The notes under the pieces are model-generated. The model saw only the letters and a list, made by a program, of their open reading frames with translations, did no database searches and had not been told where the DNA came from. A program made the position numbers and the translations under genes. 39,451 bases of DNA, from the sequence record PZ445455.1. One strand, given 5' to 3'. This stretch comes from a phage. Positions 8,739 to 19,214 of the stretch are shown here, one piece after another (positions within the stretch are counted from its first letter, which is position 1; each line of letters starts with the position of its first letter).

Positions 8739-9755
8739 ATGATGAACATTAAGACCAACCCGTTTAAAGCAACGTCTTTCGTAGAGTCTGCCATTAAGAA
8801 GGCTCTTGATAACGCTGGGTATCTTATCGCCGACATTAAGTACGATGGTGTACGTGGGAACATCTGCGTAGACGATACTGCTAACAGTTGCTGGCTCTCT
8901 CGTGTATCTAAAACGATTCCGGCACTGGAGCACTTAAACGGATTCGATGTTCGCTGGAAGCGTCTGCTGAACGATGACCGTTGCTTCTACAAAGATGGCT
9001 TTATGCTCGATGGGGAACTCATGGTCAAGGGAGTAGACTTTAACACTGGGTCCGGCCTACTGCGTACCAAGTGGCTAAACAAGAAGAACTTTGAGTTCGA
9101 CGTTGGCGGTGTGCCACCACTTAAGGGGTCCAAGGTTGAGTTCGAGTTGGACACCAAACGTCTGAGTGTCCGACTGTACGCTATCCTCCCGCTTCACATC
9201 GTGGAGTCTGGGGAAGACCATGATGTCATGACGTTACTCATGCAGGAACACGTTAAGAACATGCTGCCTCTGCTACAGGAATACTTCCCTGAAATCGAAT
9301 GGCAAGCGGCTGAGTCTTACGAGGTTTACGACATGGTGGAACTACAGCAACTGTACGAGAAGAAGCGAGCGGAAGGCCATGAGGGTCTCATTGTGAAAGA
9401 CCCGATGTGCATCTACAAGCGCGGTAAGAAGTCCGGCTGGTTCAAGCTCAAGCCAGAGAACGAGGCTGATGGTATCATCCAAGGTGTGAATTGGGGTACA
9501 GAAGGTCTAGCCAACGAAGGTAAGGTAATAGGGTTCACGGTGCTTCTTGAGACAGGGCGTATTGTAGACGCTAACAATATCTCTCGCGCCTTAATGGACG
9601 AATTTACCGCCAACGTTAAGGAGCACGGGGAGGACTACTATAACGGATGGTCTTGCCAAGTAAATTATATGGAGGAAACAAAAGATGGAAGCCTTAGACA
9701 CCCTTCCTTCACCTGCTTCCGAGGGGTTGAGGGAAATCGTTGCGAAAAGATTTAA
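8739..9755 (+). CDS. 1.3: ATP-dependent DNA ligase (gp1.3)
   Basis: MMNIKTNPFKA...; contains KYDGVRG adenylation motif; 338 aa versus 359 in T7 (C-terminal region differs); start at ATG after ggag RBS, not the upstream in-frame ATG at 8724. Confidence 0.93.
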   Translation: MMNIKTNPFKATSFVESAIKKALDNAGYLIADIKYDGVRGNICVDDTANSCWLSRVSKTIPALEHLNGFDVRWKRLLNDDRCFYKDGFMLDGELMVKGVDFNTGSGLLRTKWLNKKNFEFDVGGVPPLKGSKVEFELDTKRLSVRLYAILPLHIVESGEDHDVMTLLMQEHVKNMLPLLQEYFPEIEWQAAESYEVYDMVELQQLYEKKRAEGHEGLIVKDPMCIYKRGKKSGWFKLKPENEADGIIQGVNWGTEGLANEGKVIGFTVLLETGRIVDANNISRALMDEFTANVKEHGEDYYNGWSCQVNYMEETKDGSLRHPSFTCFRGVEGNRCEKI

Positions 9756-10176
9756 GGTTAACAGGGAGGCTCCTAGCGGCCTCTCTCGCGTTAGCGGGAA
9801 ACCAGTCGGCTACAAGAAGTCTAGCGGATACTGGAATATCCACGTTTCCGTTAACAACAAGTCTCACCATCTACTTGCGCATAGGGTTATATGGGAACTC
9901 ACTTACGGAGAGATACCCTCTGGAATGCAGATAGACCACATTAATAGAGACAGGTCTGATAATCGCATAGAGAACCTTAGACTCGTTACTATGACAGAGA
10001 ATATGCACAATAAGGGAGACTACGTGACCAACACTACCGGTCATAAATACGTCATGTATCGTAAAGATAGGAATGCGTACATATTCAGAATAAAGCGATT
10101 TGGCAAACTACATACTTCATACCACAAGACTTTGGATGAGGCTGTGGAGGCCAAGCGGTTGTTCCTTAATCAGTAA
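9685..10176 (+). CDS. HNH endonuclease (putative homing endonuclease)
   Basis: 163 aa; HNH motif HHLLAHRVIWELTYGEIPSGMQIDHINRDRSDNRIENLRLVTMTENMHNK; ggagg RBS 9 nt upstream; overlaps ligase 3' end by 71 nt in another frame; stop abuts TE. Confidence 0.85.
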   Translation: MEALDTLPSPASEGLREIVAKRFKVNREAPSGLSRVSGKPVGYKKSSGYWNIHVSVNNKSHHLLAHRVIWELTYGEIPSGMQIDHINRDRSDNRIENLRLVTMTENMHNKGDYVTNTTGHKYVMYRKDRNAYIFRIKRFGKLHTSYHKTLDEAVEAKRLFLNQ

Positions 10177-10214
10177 CCACACTGGCTCACCTTCGGGTGG
10201 GCCTTTCTGCGTTT
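10177..10214 (+). terminator. Early terminator TE (host RNAP, rho-independent)
   Basis: ccacactggctcaccttcgggtgggcctttctgcgttt: GC stem-loop plus U-rich tract; same sequence as T7 TE. Confidence 0.85.
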
Positions 10215-10236
10215 AATACGACTCACTAAAGGAGGT
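10214..10236 (+). promoter_or_regulatory. Phage promoter phi1.5 (cactaaagg class II variant)
   Basis: taatacgactcactaaaggaggt. Confidence 0.85.
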
Positions 10237-10243
10237 ACACACC

Positions 10244-10333
10244 ATGATGTACTTAATGCCATTACTCATTGTCATCATAGGATGCCTTGCGCTCCACTAC
10301 AGCGATGACGATATGCCAGATGGTCACGCTTGA
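10244..10333 (+). CDS. 1.5: gp1.5 mini-protein (29 aa)
   Basis: MMYLMPLLIVIIGCLALHYSDDDMPDGHA; matches T7 gp1.5 with 2 substitutions. Confidence 0.75.
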   Translation: MMYLMPLLIVIIGCLALHYSDDDMPDGHA

Positions 10334-10357
10334 CAACACCCGCTAAGGAGACACCCT

Positions 10358-10474
10358 ATGATGTACTTAATGCCATTACTGATGCTATTCTTGGTGTCAT
10401 TACTCATTCTCATCCCTGTATATGCTGTACTACGTGATGATGACGATGATGACACACAAGATGACCATGCTTAA
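10358..10474 (+). CDS. Diverged tandem paralog of gp1.5 (38 aa, hydrophobic core + poly-Asp tail)
   Basis: MMYLMPLLMLFLVSLLILIPVYAVLRDDDDDDTQDDHA; first 23 nt identical to gene 1.5; own aaggagacac RBS; stop TAA inside phi1.6. Confidence 0.6.
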   Translation: MMYLMPLLMLFLVSLLILIPVYAVLRDDDDDDTQDDHA

Positions 10475-10494
10475 TACGACTCACTAAAGGAGAC
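10472..10494 (+). promoter_or_regulatory. Phage promoter phi1.6
   Basis: taatacgactcactaaaggagac. Confidence 0.85.
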
Positions 10495-10499
10495 ACTAT

Positions 10500-10760
10500 A
10501 TGTTTCGACTTCATTACAACAAAAGCATTAAGAATTTCACGGTTCGCCGTGCTGACCGTTCAATCGTATGTGCGAGCGAACGCCGAGCTAAATTACCTCT
10601 TATTGGTAACACAGTTCCTCTGGCACCGAGCGTCCACATCATTATCACCCGTGGTGACTTTGAGAAAGCAATAGACAAGAAACGTCCGGTTCTTAGTGTG
10701 GCAGTGACCCGCTTCCCGTTCGTCCGTCTGTTACTCAAACGTATCAAGGAGGTGTTCTGA
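10500..10760 (+). CDS. 1.6: gp1.6
   Basis: 86 aa [31 protein letters not shown]...; near-identical to T7 gp1.6. Confidence 0.9.
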   Translation: MFRLHYNKSIKNFTVRRADRSIVCASERRAKLPLIGNTVPLAPSVHIIITRGDFEKAIDKKRPVLSVAVTRFPFVRLLLKRIKEVF

Positions 10761-11288
10761 TGGGATGCATAGCGTGCTTAGAGAAAGACGACCGTTATCC
10801 ACATACCTGTAATAAAGGAGCTAACGATATGACCGAACGTGAACAAGAGATGATCATTAAGTTGATAGACAATAACGAAGGTCGCCCAGATGATTTGAAT
10901 GGCTGCGGACTTCTCTGCTCTAATGTCCCTTGTCACCTCTGCCCCGCAAATAACGATCAAAAGATAACCCTAGGTGAAATCCGAGCGATGGACCCACGTA
11001 AGCCTAAACTGGAGAAACCTGAGGTAACTACTACAGATGACCAGCCTTCCGCTAAGTCAATCGAAGGTGTCACTAAGCCTTCCCACTACATGCTGTTTGA
11101 CGACATTGAGGCTATCGAAGTGATTGCTCGTTCAATGACTCGTGAGCAGTTCAAAGGTTATTGCTTTGGGAATATCTTAAAGTACAGACTACGTGCTGGT
11201 AAGAAGTCCGAACTAGCTTACTTAGAGAAAGACATGGCGAAAGCTGGGTTCTACGGTGAACTGTACGAGAAACATAAGGATAAGTGCT

Positions 11289-11299
<11 letters not shown>
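10760..11299 (+). CDS. 1.7: gp1.7 nucleotide kinase
   Basis: 179 aa; matches T7 gp1.7 from GCIACLEKDDRYPHTCNKG onward; about 17 aa shorter at N-terminus; ATGA overlap with 1.6 stop. Confidence 0.85.
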
Positions 11300-11604
<305 letters not shown>

Positions 11605-11607
<3 letters not shown>

Positions 11608-11627
11608 TACGACTCACTATTAGGGAA
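11605..11627 (+). promoter_or_regulatory. Phage promoter phi2.5
   Basis: taatacgactcactattagggaa. Confidence 0.85.
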
Positions 11628-11672
11628 GACTCCCTTTGAGAAACCAAATGAAACCTAAAGGAGATTAACATT

Positions 11673-12371
11673 ATGGCTAAGAAGATTTTCACCTCTGCGC
11701 TGGGTACTGCCGAACCTTACGCTTACATCGCTAAGCCGGACTACGGTAACGAAGAGCGTGGCTTTGGGAACCCTCGCGGTGTCTACAAAGTTGACCTGAC
11801 TATTCCCAACAAAGACCCGCGCTGCCAGCGTATGGTCGATGAAATCGTGAAGTGTCACGAAGAGGCTTATGCTGCTGCCGTTGAGGAATATGAAGCGAAC
11901 CCGCCTGCTGTAGCTCGTGGTAAGAAACCGCTGAAACCATACGAAGGCGACATGCCGTTCTTCGATAACGGTGACGGTACGACTACCTTTAAGTTCAAAT
12001 GCTACGCGTCTTTCCAAGACAAGAAGACCAAAGAGACCAAGCACATCAATCTGGTTGTGGTTGACTCCAAAGGTAAGAAGATGGAAGACGTTCCGATTAT
12101 CGGCGGAGGCTCTAAGCTGAAAGTCAAATACTCTCTGGTTCCGTACAAGTGGAACACTGCTGTAGGTGCGAGCGTTAAGCTGCAACTGGAATCCGTGATG
12201 CTGGTCGAACTGGCTACCTTTGGTGGTGGTGAAGACGATTGGGCTGACGAAGTTGAAGAGAACGGCTATGTTGCCTCTGGTTCTGCCAAAGCGAGCAAAC
12301 CACGCGACGAAGAAAGCTGGGACGAAGACGACGAAGGCTCTTACGAAGAAGACTCAGACGGAGATTTCTAA
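11673..12371 (+). CDS. 2.5: Single-stranded DNA-binding protein gp2.5
   Basis: 232 aa with acidic C-terminal tail ending DGDF; near-identical to T7 gp2.5. Confidence 0.95.
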   Translation: MAKKIFTSALGTAEPYAYIAKPDYGNEERGFGNPRGVYKVDLTIPNKDPRCQRMVDEIVKCHEEAYAAAVEEYEANPPAVARGKKPLKPYEGDMPFFDNGDGTTTFKFKCYASFQDKKTKETKHINLVVVDSKGKKMEDVPIIGGGSKLKVKYSLVPYKWNTAVGASVKLQLESVMLVELATFGGGEDDWADEVEENGYVASGSAKASKPRDEESWDEDDEGSYEEDSDGDF

Positions 12372-12827
12372 GTGGCTGGCGCATACGCTGCGCGTGGTAT
12401 CCGAAAGGTCGGGGCATTCCGTTCCGGCCTAGAAGATAAGGTCTCTAAGCAGCTAGAGAGTAAAGGTATACAGTTTGATTACGAGCAGTGGAAGATTCCC
12501 TACGTAGTCCCTGCGAGTAATCATACCTATTGCCCAGATTTTCTACTGCCCAATGGTATCTTCATCGAGACCAAAGGGCTATGGGAAAGTGATGACCGCA
12601 AGAAGCATCTCCTGATTCGCGAGCAGATGCCTGAGCTGGATATACGACTTGTGTTCTCAAGCTCCCGCACAAAACTCTACAAAGGGTCTCCAACGTCCTA
12701 TGCAGAATTTTGTGAAAAGCACGGCATCAAGTTTGCTGATAAGCTGATTCCAGTTGAGTGGCTCAAAGAGCCTAAACGGGAGGTGCCATTCGATAAGCTC
12801 AAACAGTCAAAAGGAGCTAAGAAGTGA
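12372..12827 (+). CDS. 3: Endonuclease I (Holliday junction resolvase, gp3)
   Basis: 151 aa, GTG start immediately after 2.5 stop; near-identical to T7 gp3. Confidence 0.92.
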   Translation: MAGAYAARGIRKVGAFRSGLEDKVSKQLESKGIQFDYEQWKIPYVVPASNHTYCPDFLLPNGIFIETKGLWESDDRKKHLLIREQMPELDIRLVFSSSRTKLYKGSPTSYAEFCEKHGIKFADKLIPVEWLKEPKREVPFDKLKQSKGAKK

Positions 12828-13282
12828 TTCATCCAAAACTCTTGATAGAGCCGACCGATTCCTGTATTGAATGGACAGGCGCGTTCCACAAGAACGGGTA
12901 CGGAGTAATCTCTTTGAATCGCAAAGTGGCTGCCGAGCTAGGAATACCTAGGGTGCAATTTGTACACAGGGCAAGCTACATGCAGCATAAAGGAACTATA
13001 GGTGATGGACTTGTTGTTCGTCACTTGTGTCACAACAGAAAGTGTTTCAACCCAGCTCACTTGGAAGTCGGCACTCAGTACGATAACTTCGAAGATAGTG
13101 TTAAGGTTGGGCGCAACAAACGTAAACTGCTTGATGAGGACGTTAAATCAATTAGAGAGTCCACAATGAGTAACCGCAAGTTAGCCAAGCTATACGGTGT
13201 TAGCTCTACAACGATCTTCCACATCAAGCACAACAACAAGTGGAGGAATTTAAATGGCACGAGTACAATTCAAACAGCGTGA
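12824..13282 (+). CDS. HNH endonuclease with C-terminal helix-turn-helix (putative homing endonuclease)
   Basis: 152 aa; GTG start overlapping gene 3 stop, aaggag RBS; HNH motif VRHLCHNRKCFNPAHLEVGTQYDN; C-terminal NRKLAKLYGVSSTTIFHIKHN HTH-like; overlaps gene 3.5 start by 29 nt. Confidence 0.8.
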   Translation: MIHPKLLIEPTDSCIEWTGAFHKNGYGVISLNRKVAAELGIPRVQFVHRASYMQHKGTIGDGLVVRHLCHNRKCFNPAHLEVGTQYDNFEDSVKVGRNKRKLLDEDVKSIRESTMSNRKLAKLYGVSSTTIFHIKHNNKWRNLNGTSTIQTA

Positions 13283-13709
13283 AAGCACCGATGCAATCTT
13301 CGTTCATTGCTCAGCAACAAAACCTAATATGAATTGGGGTGTACGTGAGATTCGCCAGTCGCATAAAGAGCGTGGATTCCTAGATGTGGGATACCACTTT
13401 ATCATCAAGCGTGATGGTACTGTAGAGACCGGTCGAGACGAGATGGCTGTAGGCTCTCACGCTAAGGGCTACAATCACAACTCTATTGGTGTCTGCCTTG
13501 TAGGTGGCATCGACGATAAAGGTAAGTTTGACGCTAACTTTACGCCAGCCCAAATGCAATCCCTCCGCTCGCTGCTTGTCACACTTCTGGCTAAGTACGA
13601 AGGCGCTGTGCTTCGCGCCCATCACGATGTGGCACCTAAGGCTTGCCCTTCGTTCGACCTTAAGCGTTGGTGGGAAACTAACGAACTGGTCACTTCTGAC
13701 CGTGGATAA
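13254..13709 (+). CDS. 3.5: Lysozyme / N-acetylmuramoyl-L-alanine amidase and RNAP inhibitor (gp3.5)
   Basis: 151 aa; near-identical to T7 lysozyme. Confidence 0.95.
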   Translation: MARVQFKQRESTDAIFVHCSATKPNMNWGVREIRQSHKERGFLDVGYHFIIKRDGTVETGRDEMAVGSHAKGYNHNSIGVCLVGGIDDKGKFDANFTPAQMQSLRSLLVTLLAKYEGAVLRAHHDVAPKACPSFDLKRWWETNELVTSDRG

Positions 13710-13710
13710 T

Positions 13711-13733
13711 TAATTGAACTCACTAAAGGGAGA
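13711..13733 (+). promoter_or_regulatory. Phage promoter phi3.8-type (taattgaactcactaaagggaga), here directly upstream of gene 4
   Basis: Sequence matches the T7 phi3.8 variant; no gene 3.8 ORF follows. Confidence 0.75.
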
Positions 13734-13765
13734 CCACAACGGTTTCCCTTTGTTCGCATTGTTGA

Positions 13766-15539
<1,774 letters not shown>

Positions 15540-15542
<3 letters not shown>

Positions 15543-15562
15543 TACGACTCACTAAAGGAGAC
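15540..15562 (+). promoter_or_regulatory. Phage promoter phi4.3
   Basis: taatacgactcactaaaggagac. Confidence 0.85.
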
Positions 15563-15566
15563 ACCC

Positions 15567-15779
15567 ATGTTCAAACTGATTAAGAAATTAGGCCAACTGC
15601 TGGTTCGTATGTACAACGTGGAAGCAAAACGTCTGAACGATGAGGCTCGTAAAGAGGCCACACAGTCACGCGCTCAGGCAATTCGCTCCAACGAACTGGC
15701 TGATAGTGCATCCACTAAAGTTACAGAAGCTGCCCGTGTAGCCAACCAAGCTCAACAGCTTTCCAAATTCTTTGAGTAA
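15567..15779 (+). CDS. 4.3: gp4.3
   Basis: 70 aa MFKLIKKLGQLLVRMYNVEAKRLNDEARKEATQSRAQAIRSNELADSASTKVTEAARVANQAQQLSKFFE; matches T7 gp4.3. Confidence 0.85.
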   Translation: MFKLIKKLGQLLVRMYNVEAKRLNDEARKEATQSRAQAIRSNELADSASTKVTEAARVANQAQQLSKFFE

Positions 15780-15798
15780 TCAAACAGGAGAAACCATT

Positions 15799-16068
15799 AT
15801 GTCTAACGTAGCTGAAACTATCCGTCTATCCGACACCGCTGACCAGTGGAACCGTCGAGTCCACATCAACGTGCGCAACGGTAAGGCGACTATGGTTTAC
15901 CGCTGGAAGGACTCTAAGTCCTCTAAGAATCACACTCAACGTATGACGTTGACCGATGAGCAAGCACTGCGTCTGGTAAATGCGCTTACCAAAGCTGCCG
16001 TGACAGCAATCCATGAAGCTGGTCGCGTCAATGAAGCTATGGCTATCCTAGACAAGATTGATAGCTAA
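15799..16068 (+). CDS. 4.5: gp4.5 (Lon protease inhibitor in T7)
   Basis: 89 aa from MSNVAETIRL with aggag RBS; near-identical to T7 gp4.5. Confidence 0.85.
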   Translation: MSNVAETIRLSDTADQWNRRVHINVRNGKATMVYRWKDSKSSKNHTQRMTLTDEQALRLVNALTKAAVTAIHEAGRVNEAMAILDKIDS

Positions 16069-16076
16069 AGAGTGGT

Positions 16077-16112
16077 ATACTCAAGGTCGCCCAAGTGGTG
16101 GCCTTCATGAAT
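16077..16112 (+). promoter_or_regulatory. RNase III hairpin R4.7
   Basis: atactcaaggtcgcccaagtggtggccttcatgaat. Confidence 0.6.
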
Positions 16113-16113
16113 A

Positions 16114-16136
16114 CTATTCGACTCACTATAGGAGAT
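16114..16136 (+). promoter_or_regulatory. Weak phage promoter phi4.7
   Basis: ctattcgactcactataggagat: consensus core with degenerate -17 to -12. Confidence 0.6.
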
Positions 16137-16142
16137 ATTATC

Positions 16143-16550
16143 ATGCGTGACCCTAAAGTTATCCAAGCAGAAATCGCTAAACTGGAAGCTGAACTTGAGG
16201 ACGTTAAGTACCATGAGGCCAAGACTCGCTCCGCTGTTCACATTTTGAAGAACTTAGGTTGGACTTGGACAAGACAGACTGGCTGGAAGAAGCCGGAAGT
16301 TTACAAGTTGAGCCACAAGGTGTTTGATAAGGACACTATGACCCACATCAAGGCTGGTGATTGGGTTAAGGTTGACATGGGAGTTGTTGGTGGATACGGC
16401 TATGTTCGCTCAGTGAGTGGCAAATACGCACAAGTATCGTACATCACTGGTGTCACTCCACGAGGTGCAATCGTAGCCGATAAGACCAACATGATCCACA
16501 CAGGATTCTTGACTGTTGTCTCGTATGAAGAGATTGTTAAGTCACGATAA
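16143..16550 (+). CDS. 4.7: gp4.7
   Basis: 135 aa from MRDPKVIQAEIAKLEAELED; matches T7 gp4.7. Confidence 0.85.
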   Translation: MRDPKVIQAEIAKLEAELEDVKYHEAKTRSAVHILKNLGWTWTRQTGWKKPEVYKLSHKVFDKDTMTHIKAGDWVKVDMGVVGGYGYVRSVSGKYAQVSYITGVTPRGAIVADKTNMIHTGFLTVVSYEEIVKSR

Positions 16551-16568
16551 TCAATAGGAGAAATCAAT

Positions 16569-18683
16569 ATGATCGTTTCTGACATCGAAGCTAACGCCCT
16601 CTTAGAGAGCGTCACTAAGTTCCACTGCGGGGTTATCTACGACTACTCCACCGCTGAGTACGTAAGCTACCGTCCGAGTGACTTCGGTGCGTATCTGGAT
16701 GCGCTGGAAGCCGAGGTTGCACGAGGCGGTCTTATTGTGTTCCACAACGGTCACAAGTATGACGTTCCTGCATTGACCAAACTGGCAAAGCTACAATTGA
16801 ACCGAGAGTTCCACATTCCTCGTGAGAACTGTATCGACACCCTTGTGTTGTCACGCTTGATTCATTCCAACCTCAAGGACACCGATATGGGTCTTCTGCG
16901 TTCCGGCAAGTTGCCCGGAAAACGCTTTGGGTCTCACGCTCTGGAGGCGTGGGGTTATCGCTTAGGCGAGATGAAGGGTGAATACAAAGATGACTTTAAG
17001 CGTATGCTTGAAGAGCAAGGTGAAGAATACGTTGACGGAATGGAGTGGTGGAACTTCAACGAAGAGATGATGGCCTATAACGTTCAGGACGTTGTGGTGA
17101 CTAAGGCTCTACTTGAGAAGTTAATCTCTGACAAACACTACTTCCCCGACCAAGGTATCGACTGGACTGACGTAGGTAACACATTCTGGCGTGAGTCTGT
17201 AGAGGCCGTCGAGCTAGAGCATAAAGCTGCGTGGCTGCTCGCTAAGCAGGAACGTAACGGCTTTCCATTCAATACCAAAGCTATCGAAGAGTTGTACGTA
17301 GAGTTGGCTGCCCGTCGCTCTGAGTTGCTCCGTAAGCTGACCGAAACGTTCGGCTCATGGTATCAACCTAAAGGTGGCACTGAGATGTTCTGCCATCCAC
17401 GGACAGGTAAGCCACTACCTAAATACCCTCGCATTAAGACACCTAAAGTTGGTGGCATCTTTAAGAAGCCTAAGAACAAGGCACAGCGTGAAGGCCGTGA
17501 GCCTTGCGAACTGGATACCCGCGAGTATGTTGCTGGTGCACCTTACACTCCAGTAGAGCACGTGGTGTTTAACCCTTCGTCTCGTGACCACATTCAGAAG
17601 AAACTCCAAGAGGCTGGATGGGTCCCGACCAAGTACACCGATAAGGGTGCTCCTGTGGTGGACGATGAGGTACTCGAAGGAGTGCGTGTAGATGACCCTG
17701 AGAAGCAGGCTGCAATCGACCTCATTAAAGAGTACCTGATGATTCAGAAGCGAATCGGACAGTCTGCTGAGGGAGACAAGGCATGGCTCCGTTACGTTGC
17801 CGAGGACGGTAAGATTCATGGTTCTGTTAATCCCAACGGCGCTGTTACTGGTCGTGCTACTCATGCTTTCCCTAACCTAGCACAGATACCCGGTGTCCGT
17901 TCTCCTTACGGGGAGCAGTGTCGCGCTGCTTTTGGCGCTGAGCACCATTTGGATGGGCTAACTGGTAAGCCTTGGGTTCAGGCAGGTATCGACGCATCCG
18001 GCCTTGAGTTGCGCTGCTTGGCCCACTTTATGGCTCGCTTTGATAACGGTGAGTACGCTCACGAGATTCTTAATGGCGACATCCATACTAAGAACCAGAT
18101 GGCTGCTGAATTGCCTACCCGTGATAACGCTAAGACGTTCATCTATGGGTTCCTCTATGGTGCTGGTGATGAGAAGATTGGGCAGATTGTTGGTGCTGGT
18201 AAAGAGCGCGGTAAGGAACTCAAGAAGAAATTCCTTGAGAACACCCCCGCGATTGCAGCACTCCGCGAGTCTATCCAACAGACACTTGTCGAGTCCTCTC
18301 AGTGGGTAGCAGGTGAACAGCAAGTCAAGTGGAAACGCCGCTGGATTAAAGGTCTGGATGGTCGTAAGGTACACGTCCGTAGTCCGCATGCTGCCTTGAA
18401 TACCCTACTGCAATCTGCTGGTGCTCTCATCTGCAAACTGTGGATTATCAAGACCGAAGAGATGCTCGTAGAGAAAGGCTTGAAGCATGGCTGGGATGGG
18501 GACTTTGCGTACATGGCATGGGTACACGATGAAATCCAAGTAGGTTGCCGTACCAAAGAGATTGCTCAGGTGGTTATTGATACCGCACAAGAGGCAATGC
18601 GCTGGGTTGGAGACCACTGGAACTTCCGGTGTCTTCTGGATACCGAAGGTAAGATGGGTCCTAACTGGGCCGTATGTCACTGA
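16569..18683 (+). CDS. 5: DNA polymerase (family A, gp5) with thioredoxin-binding insert
   Basis: 704 aa; near-identical to T7 DNA polymerase. Confidence 0.98.
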   Translation: MIVSDIEANALLESVTKFHCGVIYDYSTAEYVSYRPSDFGAYLDALEAEVARGGLIVFHNGHKYDVPALTKLAKLQLNREFHIPRENCIDTLVLSRLIHSNLKDTDMGLLRSGKLPGKRFGSHALEAWGYRLGEMKGEYKDDFKRMLEEQGEEYVDGMEWWNFNEEMMAYNVQDVVVTKALLEKLISDKHYFPDQGIDWTDVGNTFWRESVEAVELEHKAAWLLAKQERNGFPFNTKAIEELYVELAARRSELLRKLTETFGSWYQPKGGTEMFCHPRTGKPLPKYPRIKTPKVGGIFKKPKNKAQREGREPCELDTREYVAGAPYTPVEHVVFNPSSRDHIQKKLQEAGWVPTKYTDKGAPVVDDEVLEGVRVDDPEKQAAIDLIKEYLMIQKRIGQSAEGDKAWLRYVAEDGKIHGSVNPNGAVTGRATHAFPNLAQIPGVRSPYGEQCRAAFGAEHHLDGLTGKPWVQAGIDASGLELRCLAHFMARFDNGEYAHEILNGDIHTKNQMAAELPTRDNAKTFIYGFLYGAGDEKIGQIVGAGKERGKELKKKFLENTPAIAALRESIQQTLVESSQWVAGEQQVKWKRRWIKGLDGRKVHVRSPHAALNTLLQSAGALICKLWIIKTEEMLVEKGLKHGWDGDFAYMAWVHDEIQVGCRTKEIAQVVIDTAQEAMRWVGDHWNFRCLLDTEGKMGPNWAVCH

Positions 18684-18702
18684 TTCTATAGGAGAAATTA
18701 TT

Positions 18703-19005
18703 ATGGCTATGACCAAGAAATTTAAAGTATCATTCGACGTTACCGCTGTAATCACTAGCGAAGGTGAACGAAACATACAAGACTGCGTCATGCGAGTTGC
18801 CAAGGCAGTAGCCGCTGGTGAACAAGTTGACGACTTTAAGAAAGAGTTGCTTGTCCAAGCGTTGACGAATGGTCCTGAGGGCCTCGCTACGTTCCTGATT
18901 AAGCATGGACTTCGCTCATTCGTTAAGGATAGCTACAATGACCTGAGCGAGTCTGAGCGTAAACTGATTCGACTCTCTCCTGCAACTGTACGGGAGGTGT
19001 TCTGA
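18703..19005 (+). CDS. 5.5: gp5.5 (H-NS-binding protein in T7)
   Basis: 100 aa from MAMTKKFKVSFDVTA ... SPATVREVF; ggag RBS; only 19 bp after gene 5 (no gene 5.3). Confidence 0.8.
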   Translation: MAMTKKFKVSFDVTAVITSEGERNIQDCVMRVAKAVAAGEQVDDFKKELLVQALTNGPEGLATFLIKHGLRSFVKDSYNDLSESERKLIRLSPATVREVF

Positions 19006-19214
19006 TGTCTGACTATCTGAAAGTGCTGCAAGCAATCAAAGGTTGCCCTAAGACTTTCCAGTCCAACTATGTACGGAACAATGCGAGCCTCGTAGCTGAG
19101 GCCGCTTCCCGTGGTCACATCTCGTGTCTGACCACAAGTGGACGTAACGGTGGCGCTTGGGAAATTACCGCTTCTGGTACTCGATTTCTGAAACGAATGG
19201 GAGGTTGTGTCTAA
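19005..19214 (+). CDS. 5.7: gp5.7
   Basis: 69 aa MSDYLKVLQAIKGCPKTFQSNYVRNNASLVAEAASRGHISCLTTSGRNGGAWEITASGTRFLKRMGGCV; TGATG overlap; matches T7 gp5.7. Confidence 0.85.
   Translation: MSDYLKVLQAIKGCPKTFQSNYVRNNASLVAEAASRGHISCLTTSGRNGGAWEITASGTRFLKRMGGCV

Noticed and set aside
8724-9755. Ligase start at upstream in-frame ATG 8724 (343 aa)
   Set aside because: That ATG is inside the ggagataaac RBS; the ATG at 8739 (MMNIKTNPF) matches the T7 ligase N-terminus.
11655-12185. 176-aa ORF on the minus strand (similar long antisense ORFs at 21203-21685, 23555-24055, 24937-25500, 17415-17864, 1057-1473)
   Set aside because: All lie antisense inside strongly supported + strand genes (2.5, 7.3, 9, 10, 5, 19). 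T7-like genomes are transcribed entirely from one strand and no promoter or RBS is evident; these are most likely chance open frames.
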